Assembly (NCBI GenBank): GCA_050633745.1
Contig: JBOEHD010000086.1
Span: 8,378-60,175 of the forward strand
DNA length: 51,798 nt
Direction of reading: 5' to 3'
DNA from: Acidimicrobiales bacterium
GTDB lineage: Bacteria > Actinomycetota > Acidimicrobiia > Acidimicrobiales > SZUA-35
Positions 18,912-28,438 of this stretch are shown one piece after another (position 1 is the stretch's first letter; each line of letters opens with the position of its first letter). The position numbers were made by a program, and so were the translations under genes. The notes beneath the pieces are model-generated. The model did not search any database. It was not told the DNA's origin and saw only the letters and a program-made list of their open reading frames with translations.

Positions 18912-19307
18912 ATGGACCAGTTTGAAGCCAAGGCGCTCACCCACATGCTCGTCGTCGCTGATGCCACGGCCAGTCGCGACTGGTACGTGAACGTCTTGGA
19001 CGCCTCGGTCTACGGGGAATACGGCGGTACGTCGGTTGTGCTGGACTTGCTGGGGAACTGGCTGCTGCTCGTAACGGGCGGCGAGCCATCCTCAGATAAG
19101 CCGACGGTTACCCTGGCCGTGCCAGACGATCCGGACAACGTGAGTGGTCAGATCATCTTTCGGGTCGACGACTGCGAGCGCACCTACGAGCTACTCAGCG
19201 GCCGAGGGGCGGAGTTCCTAACTCCGCCGGTTGATCGTGGTGGCGAGATCCGGGCTTTCTTTCGTGACCCAGACGGTCATCTCTTTGAGATCTCGCAACT
19301 GACCTAG
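18912..19307 (+). CDS. VOC (glyoxalase/bleomycin resistance) family protein
   Basis: LVVAD...SRDWY..VL, FRVDDC..TYE.L..RGAEF, FFRDPDGHLFE. Confidence 0.92.
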   Translation: MDQFEAKALTHMLVVADATASRDWYVNVLDASVYGEYGGTSVVLDLLGNWLLLVTGGEPSSDKPTVTLAVPDDPDNVSGQIIFRVDDCERTYELLSGRGAEFLTPPVDRGGEIRAFFRDPDGHLFEISQLT

Positions 19308-20233
19308 CCTGCAGGTACCCGATCAACCTGAGACTCGCTTCCTCGCCAGGTGAGTAGGGCGGCGCCGGTGATGATGAGGGCGATGCCGATAGCGCTGGTC
19401 CCGGTCAGCGGTTCATCGAAGAAGATGTAGTCGTAGAGGGCGGCGAACAGCGAGGCGGTGTAGAAAATCGGGGCCAGGTAGCTGGCGTCGGATCGGCGGT
19501 TGGCCTGAATAAACAGCACCTGGGCCGAAAGCATGCACAACCCGAGCAGGGCGAGCAACGCCCACTGCCACGGTTGCGGTGCGATCCAAACCAGCAGACT
19601 GATCGGCACCGAGATCAGCAGTCCGAGCCCGTTGCTCATGGCCAGGATTCGCACCGGGGCCTCGATACCCGACAGGTGCTTGATGAAGACCAATTCGGCT
19701 CCGATCAGCACCGCCGAGGCCAATGCCAGACCGGCCGCCGGTTGGAACGTCGAAGTGCCTGGGCCGCTTAGTACCAGGGCCCCGAACAGCGCGATGCTAG
19801 CCGCGGCCCATCGGCCTCGACCGACCCGCTCCTTCAGGAACAGAATCGATAGGGCCATGGTGACGACCGGGGCCAGGAAACTGATGGCGTTGGCATCACC
19901 GAGCGGGAGCTTGCTGGAAGCGGCAAAGAGAAAGGCGCCGCCGCTCCAACCGCACAAGACTCGACCGCTATGTAGGCGGAGAGGCAGGTTCGCGGTCCCC
20001 GGCCAATGGAACGCAAGGTAGGGCAACAGGCCAGCCAGAGCGAAGATGAAACGTCCGGCCGAGATCTGCAGCGCTGGCAGTTCGTCGCCTATAGATCCGG
20101 CGCCAACTCCTGTGCCAAGTGCCTTGGCGATCAGAGACGTCGCGGCGACCAGAGCGGTAGCGGACGTCATCAACGCAAGCGTCGTCCAACGCGATTCAGG
20201 CGGCTTCGCAAACGCCCCGAGCTCTCGAGACAC
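19304..20233 (-). CDS. DMT/EamA family transporter
   Basis: About 10 TM segments, LPLGDANAISFLAP...LKERVG..RW, DAS.LAP..Y. Confidence 0.9.
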   Translation of the reverse strand: MSRELGAFAKPPESRWTTLALMTSATALVAATSLIAKALGTGVGAGSIGDELPALQISAGRFIFALAGLLPYLAFHWPGTANLPLRLHSGRVLCGWSGGAFLFAASSKLPLGDANAISFLAPVVTMALSILFLKERVGRGRWAAASIALFGALVLSGPGTSTFQPAAGLALASAVLIGAELVFIKHLSGIEAPVRILAMSNGLGLLISVPISLLVWIAPQPWQWALLALLGLCMLSAQVLFIQANRRSDASYLAPIFYTASLFAALYDYIFFDEPLTGTSAIGIALIITGAALLTWRGSESQVDRVPAG

Positions 20234-20235
20234 CC

Positions 20236-21426
20236 TCAGACCACGGTTCCGGCCGCTCGCAGCGCCGTGATCTCCGACTCGCTCAGCGACAACACCGATG
20301 CCAAAACGTCGTCGGTGTGTTGGGCCAACCGCGGTGGCGGCCGAAACTGCGCCAGCTCCGTTTCGGTGAACTTAAAGGCGCTGCCGAGCACCGAGATCAC
20401 CTCATCACCCTCTTGAATCTCCCGCACCATTTCCCGTTCCAGTACCTCGGGAGCGTTGAGCGCTTCGTCGATGGTCCGCACGCCTCCGGCCGGGAGGTGT
20501 TGCATCTCCGCCAGCCAGTCGGCGGCCGGCCGCGTCGCCAGTGCCTGTTCGATCTCCACTTTGAGATCGTCGCGGTTACGGGCCCGGGGCCCTGGCCCGT
20601 TGAACCGCTCGTCTTCAGCAAGATCTGGCCTCCCGATGACCGAACACAGCTCGGCGAAGAGTCGGTCGGTGGCCATCGCTAAGTAGATCGGGGCCGTCGC
20701 GGTGTTGAAGAGATCGATCGGGGCCGCGGAGATGTGCCGATTACCAGACCGTTCTGGAGCAGAGCCGGTCGTCAGGTACTGAAGGCCAGCGTTGCCGAGC
20801 GCTCCAATCGCAGTGTCTAGCAAGCACAGGTCGATGAAATCACCGCCACCGTGGCTCTGACGGCCGAGCAGCGCAGCGCAGATGGCGGAGGTGGCATGGG
20901 CCGCGGTCAGCGTGTCGATCAGCGAAAGCGGATGGCGAGTTGGCTCCCCATCGATCGGTCCGTTCAACGACATCATGCCCGACTCGGCTTGCAGCACGGG
21001 GTCGAGCCCCGGTCTGGCCGAGAACGACCCGCTTGAACCGTAGGCCGAGATCGAAACGTAGATGAGGGATGGGTCGGCCTCTCGAAGGGCGGCCTGACCG
21101 AGGCCGAGCCGATCCATCACCCCGGGACGGAAGTTCTCGATCACCACATCGGCTTCCAGGGCCAGGCGGCGGGCCAGGCCCTGACCTTCTTCCGTACTCA
21201 GGTCGATGGCGATGCTACGTTTCGAGCGGTTGAAGGCGAAGAAGAAAGCGCCTCGGCCATCGCCCCTACTCGACCGGGCCCGCGTGTCGTCACCGGTGAC
21301 CGGATGCTCGACCTTGATCACGTCGGCTCCGAGGTCGGCCAGCTGTTGAGTGCACAGCGGCCCGGCGATGATGCGGGAAAAGTCGACGACACGGATGCCC
21401 TGAAGCGGAGGTGGGTGTTCAGCCAT
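20236..21426 (-). CDS. CaiB/BaiF class III CoA-transferase
   Basis: PLQGIRVVDFSRIIAGP...LADLGADVIKVE, NRSKRS, ENFRPG, catalytic SLID. Start set at MAEHPPP. Confidence 0.93.
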   Translation of the reverse strand: MAEHPPPLQGIRVVDFSRIIAGPLCTQQLADLGADVIKVEHPVTGDDTRARSSRGDGRGAFFFAFNRSKRSIAIDLSTEEGQGLARRLALEADVVIENFRPGVMDRLGLGQAALREADPSLIYVSISAYGSSGSFSARPGLDPVLQAESGMMSLNGPIDGEPTRHPLSLIDTLTAAHATSAICAALLGRQSHGGGDFIDLCLLDTAIGALGNAGLQYLTTGSAPERSGNRHISAAPIDLFNTATAPIYLAMATDRLFAELCSVIGRPDLAEDERFNGPGPRARNRDDLKVEIEQALATRPAADWLAEMQHLPAGGVRTIDEALNAPEVLEREMVREIQEGDEVISVLGSAFKFTETELAQFRPPPRLAQHTDDVLASVLSLSESEITALRAAGTVV

Positions 21427-21452
21427 GGCCCAAGTCTGGCCCGGTCGGGTCG

Positions 21453-21502
21453 CACGAGAAAGATGGCCACACGAGAAAGATGGCCGCACCAGAAATACCG
21501 AA
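21453..21502 (+). repeat. 17-bp direct repeat, 2 near-perfect copies plus 1 degenerate, in a divergent promoter region
   Basis: cacgagaaagatggcca / cacgagaaagatggccg / caccagaaataccgaa. Confidence 0.8.
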
Positions 21503-21515
21503 CTAGAAATAGAGC

Positions 21516-22334
21516 ATGAGCGAACAAGACATCCTGGTTGACGTCGACGGTCCGGTCCGCACGATCACACTGAACCGTGCTGCCAAGCGGAACGCCCTGA
21601 CCCCGGAAATGCTCCGGGACGCCACCGCTGCCTTTACCGGTGAGCCAGGGCCGGACGAGCGCCTGGCGGTGATCCGCTCGACCGGACCGGTGTTCTGCGC
21701 TGGAATCGACCTGAAAAAGCGTCTGGAGAGCGACGCCGCACCATCGGGTGATGATCCGACGGTAGCCGCCAGTCCGTCCGGCGTTGGGTCGCAGCCGAAC
21801 AGCGCAGTCGAAAAGCTGTTTCACGCCGTCGAACAGTGGCCGCTGCCCGTCGTGGCCGTCGTCCAGGGTGATGCCATCGCCGGCGGTAACGAACTGGCCA
21901 TGCACTCCGACATTGTCGTCGCCTCGACCAAAGCCAACTTCGGCATGTCCCTGGCCCAAATCGGGCTGGCCCCGACCTGGTTTCTGACCAAGAAGCTGAT
22001 CGAGGTCGCCGGACCGGTGGTCACCAGCGAGATTCTTATGCTCGGCGATCCGATCCCGGCCAGCCGGCTGCTCGAGCTCGGTATCATCACCCGAGCGGTG
22101 CCCTCTCACCGGCTTGCGGCCGAAGCCGACGCAATCATCTCCCGGCTGGCTGCCAATGCTCCGCTCAGCCTGCGGGCCATCAAAGCGGTGATCAACCGCG
22201 AGATGAAGATTCGCGACGCAGTGGAACACGGTGACGTCGATGCGTTGGTCGCCGCGGCGGGGCTGTCACAGGATTCACGGATCGGGATCGCCGCCCGCTT
22301 GGCGGGAGAAACTGCGAAATTCACCGGCAGCTGA
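21516..22334 (+). CDS. Enoyl-CoA hydratase/isomerase (crotonase) family protein
   Basis: ITLNR..KRNAL, FCAGIDL, AVVQGDAIAGGNELA..SDI, APLSLRAIK. Confidence 0.92.
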   Translation: MSEQDILVDVDGPVRTITLNRAAKRNALTPEMLRDATAAFTGEPGPDERLAVIRSTGPVFCAGIDLKKRLESDAAPSGDDPTVAASPSGVGSQPNSAVEKLFHAVEQWPLPVVAVVQGDAIAGGNELAMHSDIVVASTKANFGMSLAQIGLAPTWFLTKKLIEVAGPVVTSEILMLGDPIPASRLLELGIITRAVPSHRLAAEADAIISRLAANAPLSLRAIKAVINREMKIRDAVEHGDVDALVAAAGLSQDSRIGIAARLAGETAKFTGS

Positions 22335-22355
22335 CAACCATCTAACGTCGGCCAT

Positions 22356-23780
22356 ATGCAGCTCGACGAATACAGCAATCACGACGCAACCTCACTCGCC
22401 GAACTGGTGCGAGCAGGCGATGTGCATCCCCGTGAGCTAGCCGCTTTGGCCATCGAGGGCTGCAACAAAGTCAATACCGAGCTAAACGGCGTTGTCGAGA
22501 TCTATGACGACGCCACCGAACAGAGTGACAGTGACGGCAGGCCGCTCGACGGCGTCCCGTTCCTCCGTAAAGACATCGGAGCGACCGAGGAAGGGCGTCT
22601 TGTCGAGATGGGGTCTCGCCTGTGCGAGGGCATGATCGCTCCCCGCGACGCGTTCTACACCGTGCGGGCCAAGCAGGCCGGCCTGCGGTTCCTCGGTCGA
22701 ACTACCACTTCGGAGATGGGCCTGCATGGCACTACCGAGACGGTGGCTCAGGGAGCGACCGCAAACCCGTGGGATACCGCTCACATCGCAGGCGGATCGA
22801 GTGGCGGAGCGTCGGCAATGGTCGCCGCCGGTGTTGTTCCCATGGCCCACGCTAGCGATGGAGCGGGGTCGATCCGGATACCGGCAGCCTGCAACGGCCT
22901 CGTTGGATTGAAGCCATCGCGAGGTCGGGTGAGCGGAGGACCGTCGCTCGGCCACCCCCGAGTCTCGACCGAACTCGTCGTTAGCCGGACCGTCCGTGAC
23001 ACGGCGGCCGCTCTCGATGCGCTGGGCGGCGATGTCCCAGGGGAACCGTTCGATCTGGGGCCGATGCCCGGCTACAGCGAGCTCCTCGGCCGCCCGCCTC
23101 GGCGACTACGAATCGCTATGAGCGCCGCCTCGCCGAACGCAACCGTGGTCGATCCCGAGGTGGTCGCCTGCATCGAGGCAACGGCGGCCATGCTTGAAGG
23201 TTTTGGCCACGAGATTGTCGTCGCCGAGCCGGACTATGGCTATGAACGCATGCGTCAAACCTTCGCCGACCTCCTTGCCATCACCACGACCAGCGCCCTA
23301 CCGCTGCTGGCCGAGCGATTCGGACGACCCCTCGATGAATCGATGCTCGAACCGGTCACCCTCCGCTGGTTCGAACGAGCCCGAGAGATGTCAGCGTTCG
23401 ACCTCGACGCCGCTCTCACGGTTTGCGATCGAATCGCTCGACGTATGGGTTTGTTCCATCAGGAGCACGACCTGTTCCTGTGCCCGGTAATGACCGGACC
23501 TGCTCCCCTGCTCGGCACCCACGGCGGAACCCAGGACCATCTCACTCATGAGCAAAGCGCAGAGCTGGCTATGACCCTGTTTCCCTTTACTCCGGCCATC
23601 AATATGTCGGGGCAGCCCGCCATCTCACTACCGATGGCCATCAGCGATGCTGGCCTTCCGTTGGCCGCTCAGCTGGTCGCTCGATTCGGCGATGAGGCGA
23701 CGCTGCTGCAGACAGCGGCTCAGTTGGAAGCCGAGGTCGACTGGGCAGCACGCCGCCCTTTGGTCCACGTCGCCAACTGA
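22356..23780 (+). CDS. Amidase signature family enzyme
   Basis: GVPFLRKD, AGGSSGG, ASDGAGSIRIPAACNGLVGLKPSRGR. Confidence 0.95.
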   Translation: MQLDEYSNHDATSLAELVRAGDVHPRELAALAIEGCNKVNTELNGVVEIYDDATEQSDSDGRPLDGVPFLRKDIGATEEGRLVEMGSRLCEGMIAPRDAFYTVRAKQAGLRFLGRTTTSEMGLHGTTETVAQGATANPWDTAHIAGGSSGGASAMVAAGVVPMAHASDGAGSIRIPAACNGLVGLKPSRGRVSGGPSLGHPRVSTELVVSRTVRDTAAALDALGGDVPGEPFDLGPMPGYSELLGRPPRRLRIAMSAASPNATVVDPEVVACIEATAAMLEGFGHEIVVAEPDYGYERMRQTFADLLAITTTSALPLLAERFGRPLDESMLEPVTLRWFERAREMSAFDLDAALTVCDRIARRMGLFHQEHDLFLCPVMTGPAPLLGTHGGTQDHLTHEQSAELAMTLFPFTPAINMSGQPAISLPMAISDAGLPLAAQLVARFGDEATLLQTAAQLEAEVDWAARRPLVHVAN

Positions 23781-23875
23781 GCTCATCGGTCCCCCGTTTT
23801 CGACCCGGCTGCTCGTGGGCCGTAGCATCGCAGGTATAGAAAGTGCCGGGGGGCACCAGAACTCAGGGGAACATC

Positions 23876-25582
23876 ATGACTTATGACATCGTCATCAGGG
23901 GCGGGACGGTTATCGATGGTACGGGGGCACCGGGCCGCATCGCCGACGTTGCCATCGTCGGCGACCGAGTGGTCGAAATCGGCGCCTGCGACGGTGAAGC
24001 CAAAAGGGTGGTCGACGCAACGGGCAAGCTCGTGACGCCTGGCTTTGTCGACATTCACACCCACCTCGACGCCCAGTTGGCATGGGACCCGATCGGCACC
24101 GTGTCATGCTGGCACGGCGTGACCACCGCTGTCATGGGCAACTGCGGCGTGACCTTCGCTCCCTGCAAACCCGAAGACCGGACGCAGCTGGCCGAAATGA
24201 TGGAGTCGGTCGAAGACATCCCAGCCGCCGCCATCCTCAACGGCCTGCCATGGGATTGGGAGAGCTACGGCGAGTATCTCGACTCCTACGAACGTATGCC
24301 AAAGGGCATCAACGTCGGCGGCATGGTCGGCCATTGCTCGGTGCGGGTGGCGGCGATGGGCGACCGCTCGATCGACCAGCATCACGCCAACGCCGACGAC
24401 ATCGTCAAGATGTGCGAGATCGTCGAGGAGAGCCTGCGGGGCGGTGCCCTCGGTTTCTCAACGTCACGGACCTATCTGCATCAGACGCCCGACGGCCGTG
24501 AGGTGCCGGGCACCTGGGCCGCTCCGGAGGAACTGCTAGCTATCGGCGAAGTGATGGGCCGCCTAGGCAAGGGCATATTCGAATGTGCGGTCGACAACGA
24601 TCGGCAGGTCCACGGCATGGTCGGAACTCCGGATCGGACCGTGATCGCCCGCGAAGTCGAGTGGATGAAGGAGCTTTCGATCCGCACCGGACGCCCGGTC
24701 ACGTTCGGGTTTGTGCAGAACCGTTCGGATCCAACGGCTTGGCAGTACTGGCTAGAACTCGTGGCGGCGGCGAACGCCGACGGAGCCAAGATTTATCCTC
24801 AGACCACGAGTCGTGGCATCGGTGTGCTGTTCGGCATCGCCAACCGCACGCCATTCGATAACTGCTCCCGGGAGTGGCGCTCGCTGCGAGAAAAGCCGTG
24901 GACCGAGAAGCTGGAGCTGCTGCGCGACCCCGAGGTCCGGGCCCGCCTTATCGCCGACGTGGAGCAAACCCCTTCGAAGTTGGACCTGTCGGCTATCTAC
25001 CGTCTCGATCCCGATCGGGTCGAGTACGAGAGCGATGCCACCGAGACCCTCACCGCCAACGCCGAACGGAGAGGAGTCTCCCCCGTCGAAGCGTTTATCG
25101 ACATGGCCCTGGAGACCGAGGGCCGGGGCCTCTGGAATTACCCGTTCCTGAACTTCGACTTCGAGGCTGTCGAGGCCAAGCTCAAGCACCCAGACGTAGT
25201 TTTGGGTATCGGCGACGCAGGGGCCCACGTTGGCCAGATTCAGGACGCCAGCCAGACCACGTACTTCCTGACCCGCTGGGTACGCGACAGCGGCGCCTGG
25301 CCGATCGAGGAAGGGGTGAAGATGATGACCTCCGAGGGAGCCGACCTGTTCGGCCTCATCGACCGTGGTCGCCTGGTAGAAGGAGCGTACGCCGACGTAA
25401 ATGTCATCGACTTCGAGGCTCTCGACCTGCATGCGCCGGAGTACGTGTACGACTTTCCGGACGGCGCCGGTCGCTACATCCAGAAGGCCAGCGGGTACGA
25501 CCTCACCCTGGTAAACGGAGAAGTGTTCATGGCCGAAGGCGAACATCAGGGAGCGCTCGCCGGTCGAGTCATCCGATCCTGA
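23876..25582 (+). CDS. N-acyl-D-amino-acid deacylase family amidohydrolase (paralog of 7735-9462)
   Basis: [41 protein letters not shown]. Start set at MTYDIV. Confidence 0.93.
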   Translation: MTYDIVIRGGTVIDGTGAPGRIADVAIVGDRVVEIGACDGEAKRVVDATGKLVTPGFVDIHTHLDAQLAWDPIGTVSCWHGVTTAVMGNCGVTFAPCKPEDRTQLAEMMESVEDIPAAAILNGLPWDWESYGEYLDSYERMPKGINVGGMVGHCSVRVAAMGDRSIDQHHANADDIVKMCEIVEESLRGGALGFSTSRTYLHQTPDGREVPGTWAAPEELLAIGEVMGRLGKGIFECAVDNDRQVHGMVGTPDRTVIAREVEWMKELSIRTGRPVTFGFVQNRSDPTAWQYWLELVAAANADGAKIYPQTTSRGIGVLFGIANRTPFDNCSREWRSLREKPWTEKLELLRDPEVRARLIADVEQTPSKLDLSAIYRLDPDRVEYESDATETLTANAERRGVSPVEAFIDMALETEGRGLWNYPFLNFDFEAVEAKLKHPDVVLGIGDAGAHVGQIQDASQTTYFLTRWVRDSGAWPIEEGVKMMTSEGADLFGLIDRGRLVEGAYADVNVIDFEALDLHAPEYVYDFPDGAGRYIQKASGYDLTLVNGEVFMAEGEHQGALAGRVIRS

Positions 25583-25597
25583 GACGGTCGATCGGGT

Positions 25598-26509
25598 TCA
25601 CGCCAGATCGAGGCTCCAGTTCTGACCGACAAGGTCGTGGCCGAAGCTGTGGTGCTGTTCCTGCTCGGTGAGTTCAAAGCCTGCTGCTTCGTAGAGTCGT
25701 CTTGCTGAGATGAGCACGTCGTTGGTCCAGAGCATCATCGACGAGTAACCCGCCGCGGTCGCAAACTCAAGGCACTGATCGACGAGCAGAGTGCCCAGGC
25801 GCAGTCCCCTGGCCCACGGCTCGACTAACAGAATGCGCAGCTGTGCAGTCTGCTCGTCGAGTTCGCAACAGAACACACAGCCGGCACGGGCGCCGTCGAC
25901 CTCGGCGATCCACGCATTCTCGCGGCCCGGCTTGAAGTCGGTGTGATAGTCGACCACGATGCGCCCGACCAGCGCCTCGAAGTCGCTGTCCCAGCCAAAC
26001 TCATCGTGGTAGATCGCTCCGTGTCGTTGGATCACCCAGCCCATGTCGCCCGGTTTGAGTTCTCGAAACTCGACCTGTCGCTTGGCCACAACGGGGTGGG
26101 TCATCGCCGCTAGGACCGTCATCGATTCGGCCAGCACCGACCGCTGATCACCACTGAGCGGTTCGACCAACTGGGAGATCTGGTCGGCCGCTCGCTGGTT
26201 CAGTACCGCTGCCGCCTCCCGGCCGCTCTTGGTCAGCGTCAATATCACCGCTCGCCCGTCGAGCGGCGACGGCTCTGAGACCACCAGTTGCCGATCGACA
26301 AGCCGGTTCACGACACGGGACAGAAAACTGGCGTCGATCCCCAAACGATCACGAAGCTCCTGTCGCTCCCACGAGTCACGCTGTGCGAGCTCGAAGATCA
26401 CTCGGGCCTCGGCCAACGAGTATTCGGTTTCCAGCAGACCCTGGTCTAGCAACCCCAGCACCTCGGTCCAGGTGCGGTTGAATCCCCGAAATCTGTCGAT
26501 TAACTCCAT
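25598..26509 (-). CDS. Bifunctional MarR-type HTH regulator / GNAT N-acetyltransferase
   Basis: N-terminal RGFNR.WT..LG.L...SLAEARVIFEL...D.SFLSR...DGR; C-terminal PGDMGWVIQRHG.IY, AQLRILLVEP.ARG..LG, LWTND. Confidence 0.93.
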   Translation of the reverse strand: MELIDRFRGFNRTWTEVLGLLDQGLLETEYSLAEARVIFELAQRDSWERQELRDRLGIDASFLSRVVNRLVDRQLVVSEPSPLDGRAVILTLTKSGREAAAVLNQRAADQISQLVEPLSGDQRSVLAESMTVLAAMTHPVVAKRQVEFRELKPGDMGWVIQRHGAIYHDEFGWDSDFEALVGRIVVDYHTDFKPGRENAWIAEVDGARAGCVFCCELDEQTAQLRILLVEPWARGLRLGTLLVDQCLEFATAAGYSSMMLWTNDVLISARRLYEAAGFELTEQEQHHSFGHDLVGQNWSLDLA

Positions 26510-26549
26510 GGCAGAGTCTCCCAAATCGTGCGTCCCAAATCGCGTCTTC

Positions 26550-26582
26550 CGAATTATAGTGGACGGTGTCCACTATAATTCG
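26550..26582. promoter_or_regulatory. Perfect 15-bp inverted repeat, probable MarR operator overlapping a TATAAT -10 box
   Basis: cgaattatagtggac-ggt-gtccactataattcg, about 40 bp upstream of the MarR-GNAT start. Confidence 0.75.
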
Positions 26583-26622
26583 AAAGGGCTCTAAGGAGTG
26601 CGCAGCTTGGCGCTCCGAAGGC

Positions 26623-27972
26623 TTAGTCGTCGCTTGGAATTGCCGCAACGGGCGCATCGAACAGCTGAGCGATGGCGAGCTGCTCGGCCCATGTTTCATC
26701 GTCTACCGGCTCGATGGCAGCGGCGAGAGCCACGAGCTCATCGACGGTTACCTGGCCGTCGTAATTAACAAGGCGCAGTGCAACATCAGGTCCGACGAAC
26801 GAGACGACGGTCTCTCCGAACAAGCCGGCTTCGATCCAGCCATACCCTGCCGCCGACTCGAAGTGTGCGTCAGCAGCGGTCAGTCCATCCAGGTCGGCGG
26901 AGATATCGAGGCTAACCCGCTCGCTGTTCCCACCGACCAACCCCAGGGAGAGATAGTCCGACACTGACTCTTGATCGATGAGGCTTCGGGCCGTGACCGG
27001 TTCAGCGCTATCGAAGCCAACCGGTGGCGTTGGCGTTTCGAGTAAGCCCTCCTCGGAGATAACCAGGGAAGATACGAGGCCCTCTATCTCTGTCCGGGAG
27101 ACGTCGGCGGCTGCCACATCGAGCACCGTCTCGGCGTTGAGCCGCACCCTAAGCGTACGGATGACCCGCATTGGGTTGCCAGCCGAGTGGGGGGCGAACC
27201 CCTCAACTTCCTTCCAGGCGCCAGCCAAACCGGTAATATCTGCCGGTTCGCCGCTGCCATGAGTGGTGGGTTCCGCTTCGATCAGGGCGTCGGCTTCAGC
27301 CTGGCTGGCATAGGTCGACATCACCATGACGATGCCTCGACGGTCCGCCGGATCGGTGGCCGGCAGGGACACCCGTTGGATGCGAACAGGCCTGGCCAAC
27401 TCCGGTCCAAGTTCAGCCTCAGACAGCAGCATTCGTGATCCACTGGCCACGACGAATCCGGAGTCGGTTGTCGGGAGGTAGCGAAGCTCAGCAGCCCCGA
27501 AGTCAGCAGCCGCAACCGGGATTGGCCTCAGGTCGGGAAAGCTTCTCGGCGGAGATGGTTCGCCTTCGGTTTCGGAGAGGTCTTCGTCCGGCTCGGCTGG
27601 TGCCACCTCCGGTTCGGGTTCGGCACCCCCGGTATCCACATCAGCGGTTTCTACATCTTCGGTATTCGCGTCGACGGCATTCGCATCGACAGCCTGAGCG
27701 GGCGTCGCTGCTTGCAACTCGGATGTGTTATTGCTTCGACCGAAAGCGAAGACGACAGCGCCGCCCACGATGACTAACGCCGCGGCCGCGGCAAGGAACG
27801 GGCCCCGCCCCCTCGCCCCGCCGGTCGACAACACGGCCATAGTCGCGTTCTGTCGGATCTCGGCCCCGGATAGTTCTGGGAGGGATCGGTCCACCGCATC
27901 GGCGTGCGCTCGCACCCGTCGGAGGGTGTCGGAGTCCTCAAGACCAAATCCGTCTTCGTCAGGCAACTTCAT
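26623..27972 (-). CDS. Single-pass membrane protein downstream of the ECF sigma (putative anti-sigma/sensor)
   Basis: Short N-terminus, TM segment FLAAAAALVIVGGAVVFAF, acidic linker, large extracytoplasmic part. ATG 27972 overlaps the sigma stop region. Confidence 0.72.
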   Translation of the reverse strand: MKLPDEDGFGLEDSDTLRRVRAHADAVDRSLPELSGAEIRQNATMAVLSTGGARGRGPFLAAAAALVIVGGAVVFAFGRSNNTSELQAATPAQAVDANAVDANTEDVETADVDTGGAEPEPEVAPAEPDEDLSETEGEPSPPRSFPDLRPIPVAAADFGAAELRYLPTTDSGFVVASGSRMLLSEAELGPELARPVRIQRVSLPATDPADRRGIVMVMSTYASQAEADALIEAEPTTHGSGEPADITGLAGAWKEVEGFAPHSAGNPMRVIRTLRVRLNAETVLDVAAADVSRTEIEGLVSSLVISEEGLLETPTPPVGFDSAEPVTARSLIDQESVSDYLSLGLVGGNSERVSLDISADLDGLTAADAHFESAAGYGWIEAGLFGETVVSFVGPDVALRLVNYDGQVTVDELVALAAAIEPVDDETWAEQLAIAQLFDAPVAAIPSDD

Positions 27973-28438
27973 TTTCGACTCCAAGGTTCTGGCGCAGCTT
28001 CTCGGTGCCGCGACGTAGGTGGTTACGAATGGTGGACACCGAGACGTCGAGCATCGACGCAACCTCGGCGAGGCGATACCCGTGTCCGTGGATGAGCAGC
28101 ACCGCGACACGCTGATGTTCGGTAAGGTCCCGCAGCGCGCTCACCAGTCCCGGCTCGAAGTCGGCCTGGCCAACCGGTTCAGCGATAGCAGAAGCGGCGA
28201 CCGGGCGATACTCCCGACGGGCGGCGTTCTGTCCGACCCGATAGAGGTAACCGCACGGGTTGTCCATCGTCGACACCCGTGACCAGTGTTCCCAGCAATA
28301 CACCAGAGCGGCCTGGGCGGCGTCGCTTCCGATGGCCAGCCCATGGGCGGCCACCAACGAGTGCTGCAGACGGCGACCTTCGAGACGCACAAAATCATCG
28401 AACTGCGTGGTCGTAGTCAAAGGATCCGAATTGCCCAT
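27959..28438 (-). CDS. ECF RNA polymerase sigma factor (SigE-like)
   Basis: DAAQAAL...W.RV..MDNPCGYLYRVG.N (region 2); L..LTEHQRVAVLL.HG.G..LAEVA.ML.VSVSTIRNHL.RG (region 4.2). Confidence 0.92.
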   Translation of the reverse strand: MGNSDPLTTTTQFDDFVRLEGRRLQHSLVAAHGLAIGSDAAQAALVYCWEHWSRVSTMDNPCGYLYRVGQNAARREYRPVAASAIAEPVGQADFEPGLVSALRDLTEHQRVAVLLIHGHGYRLAEVASMLDVSVSTIRNHLRRGTEKLRQNLGVENEVA

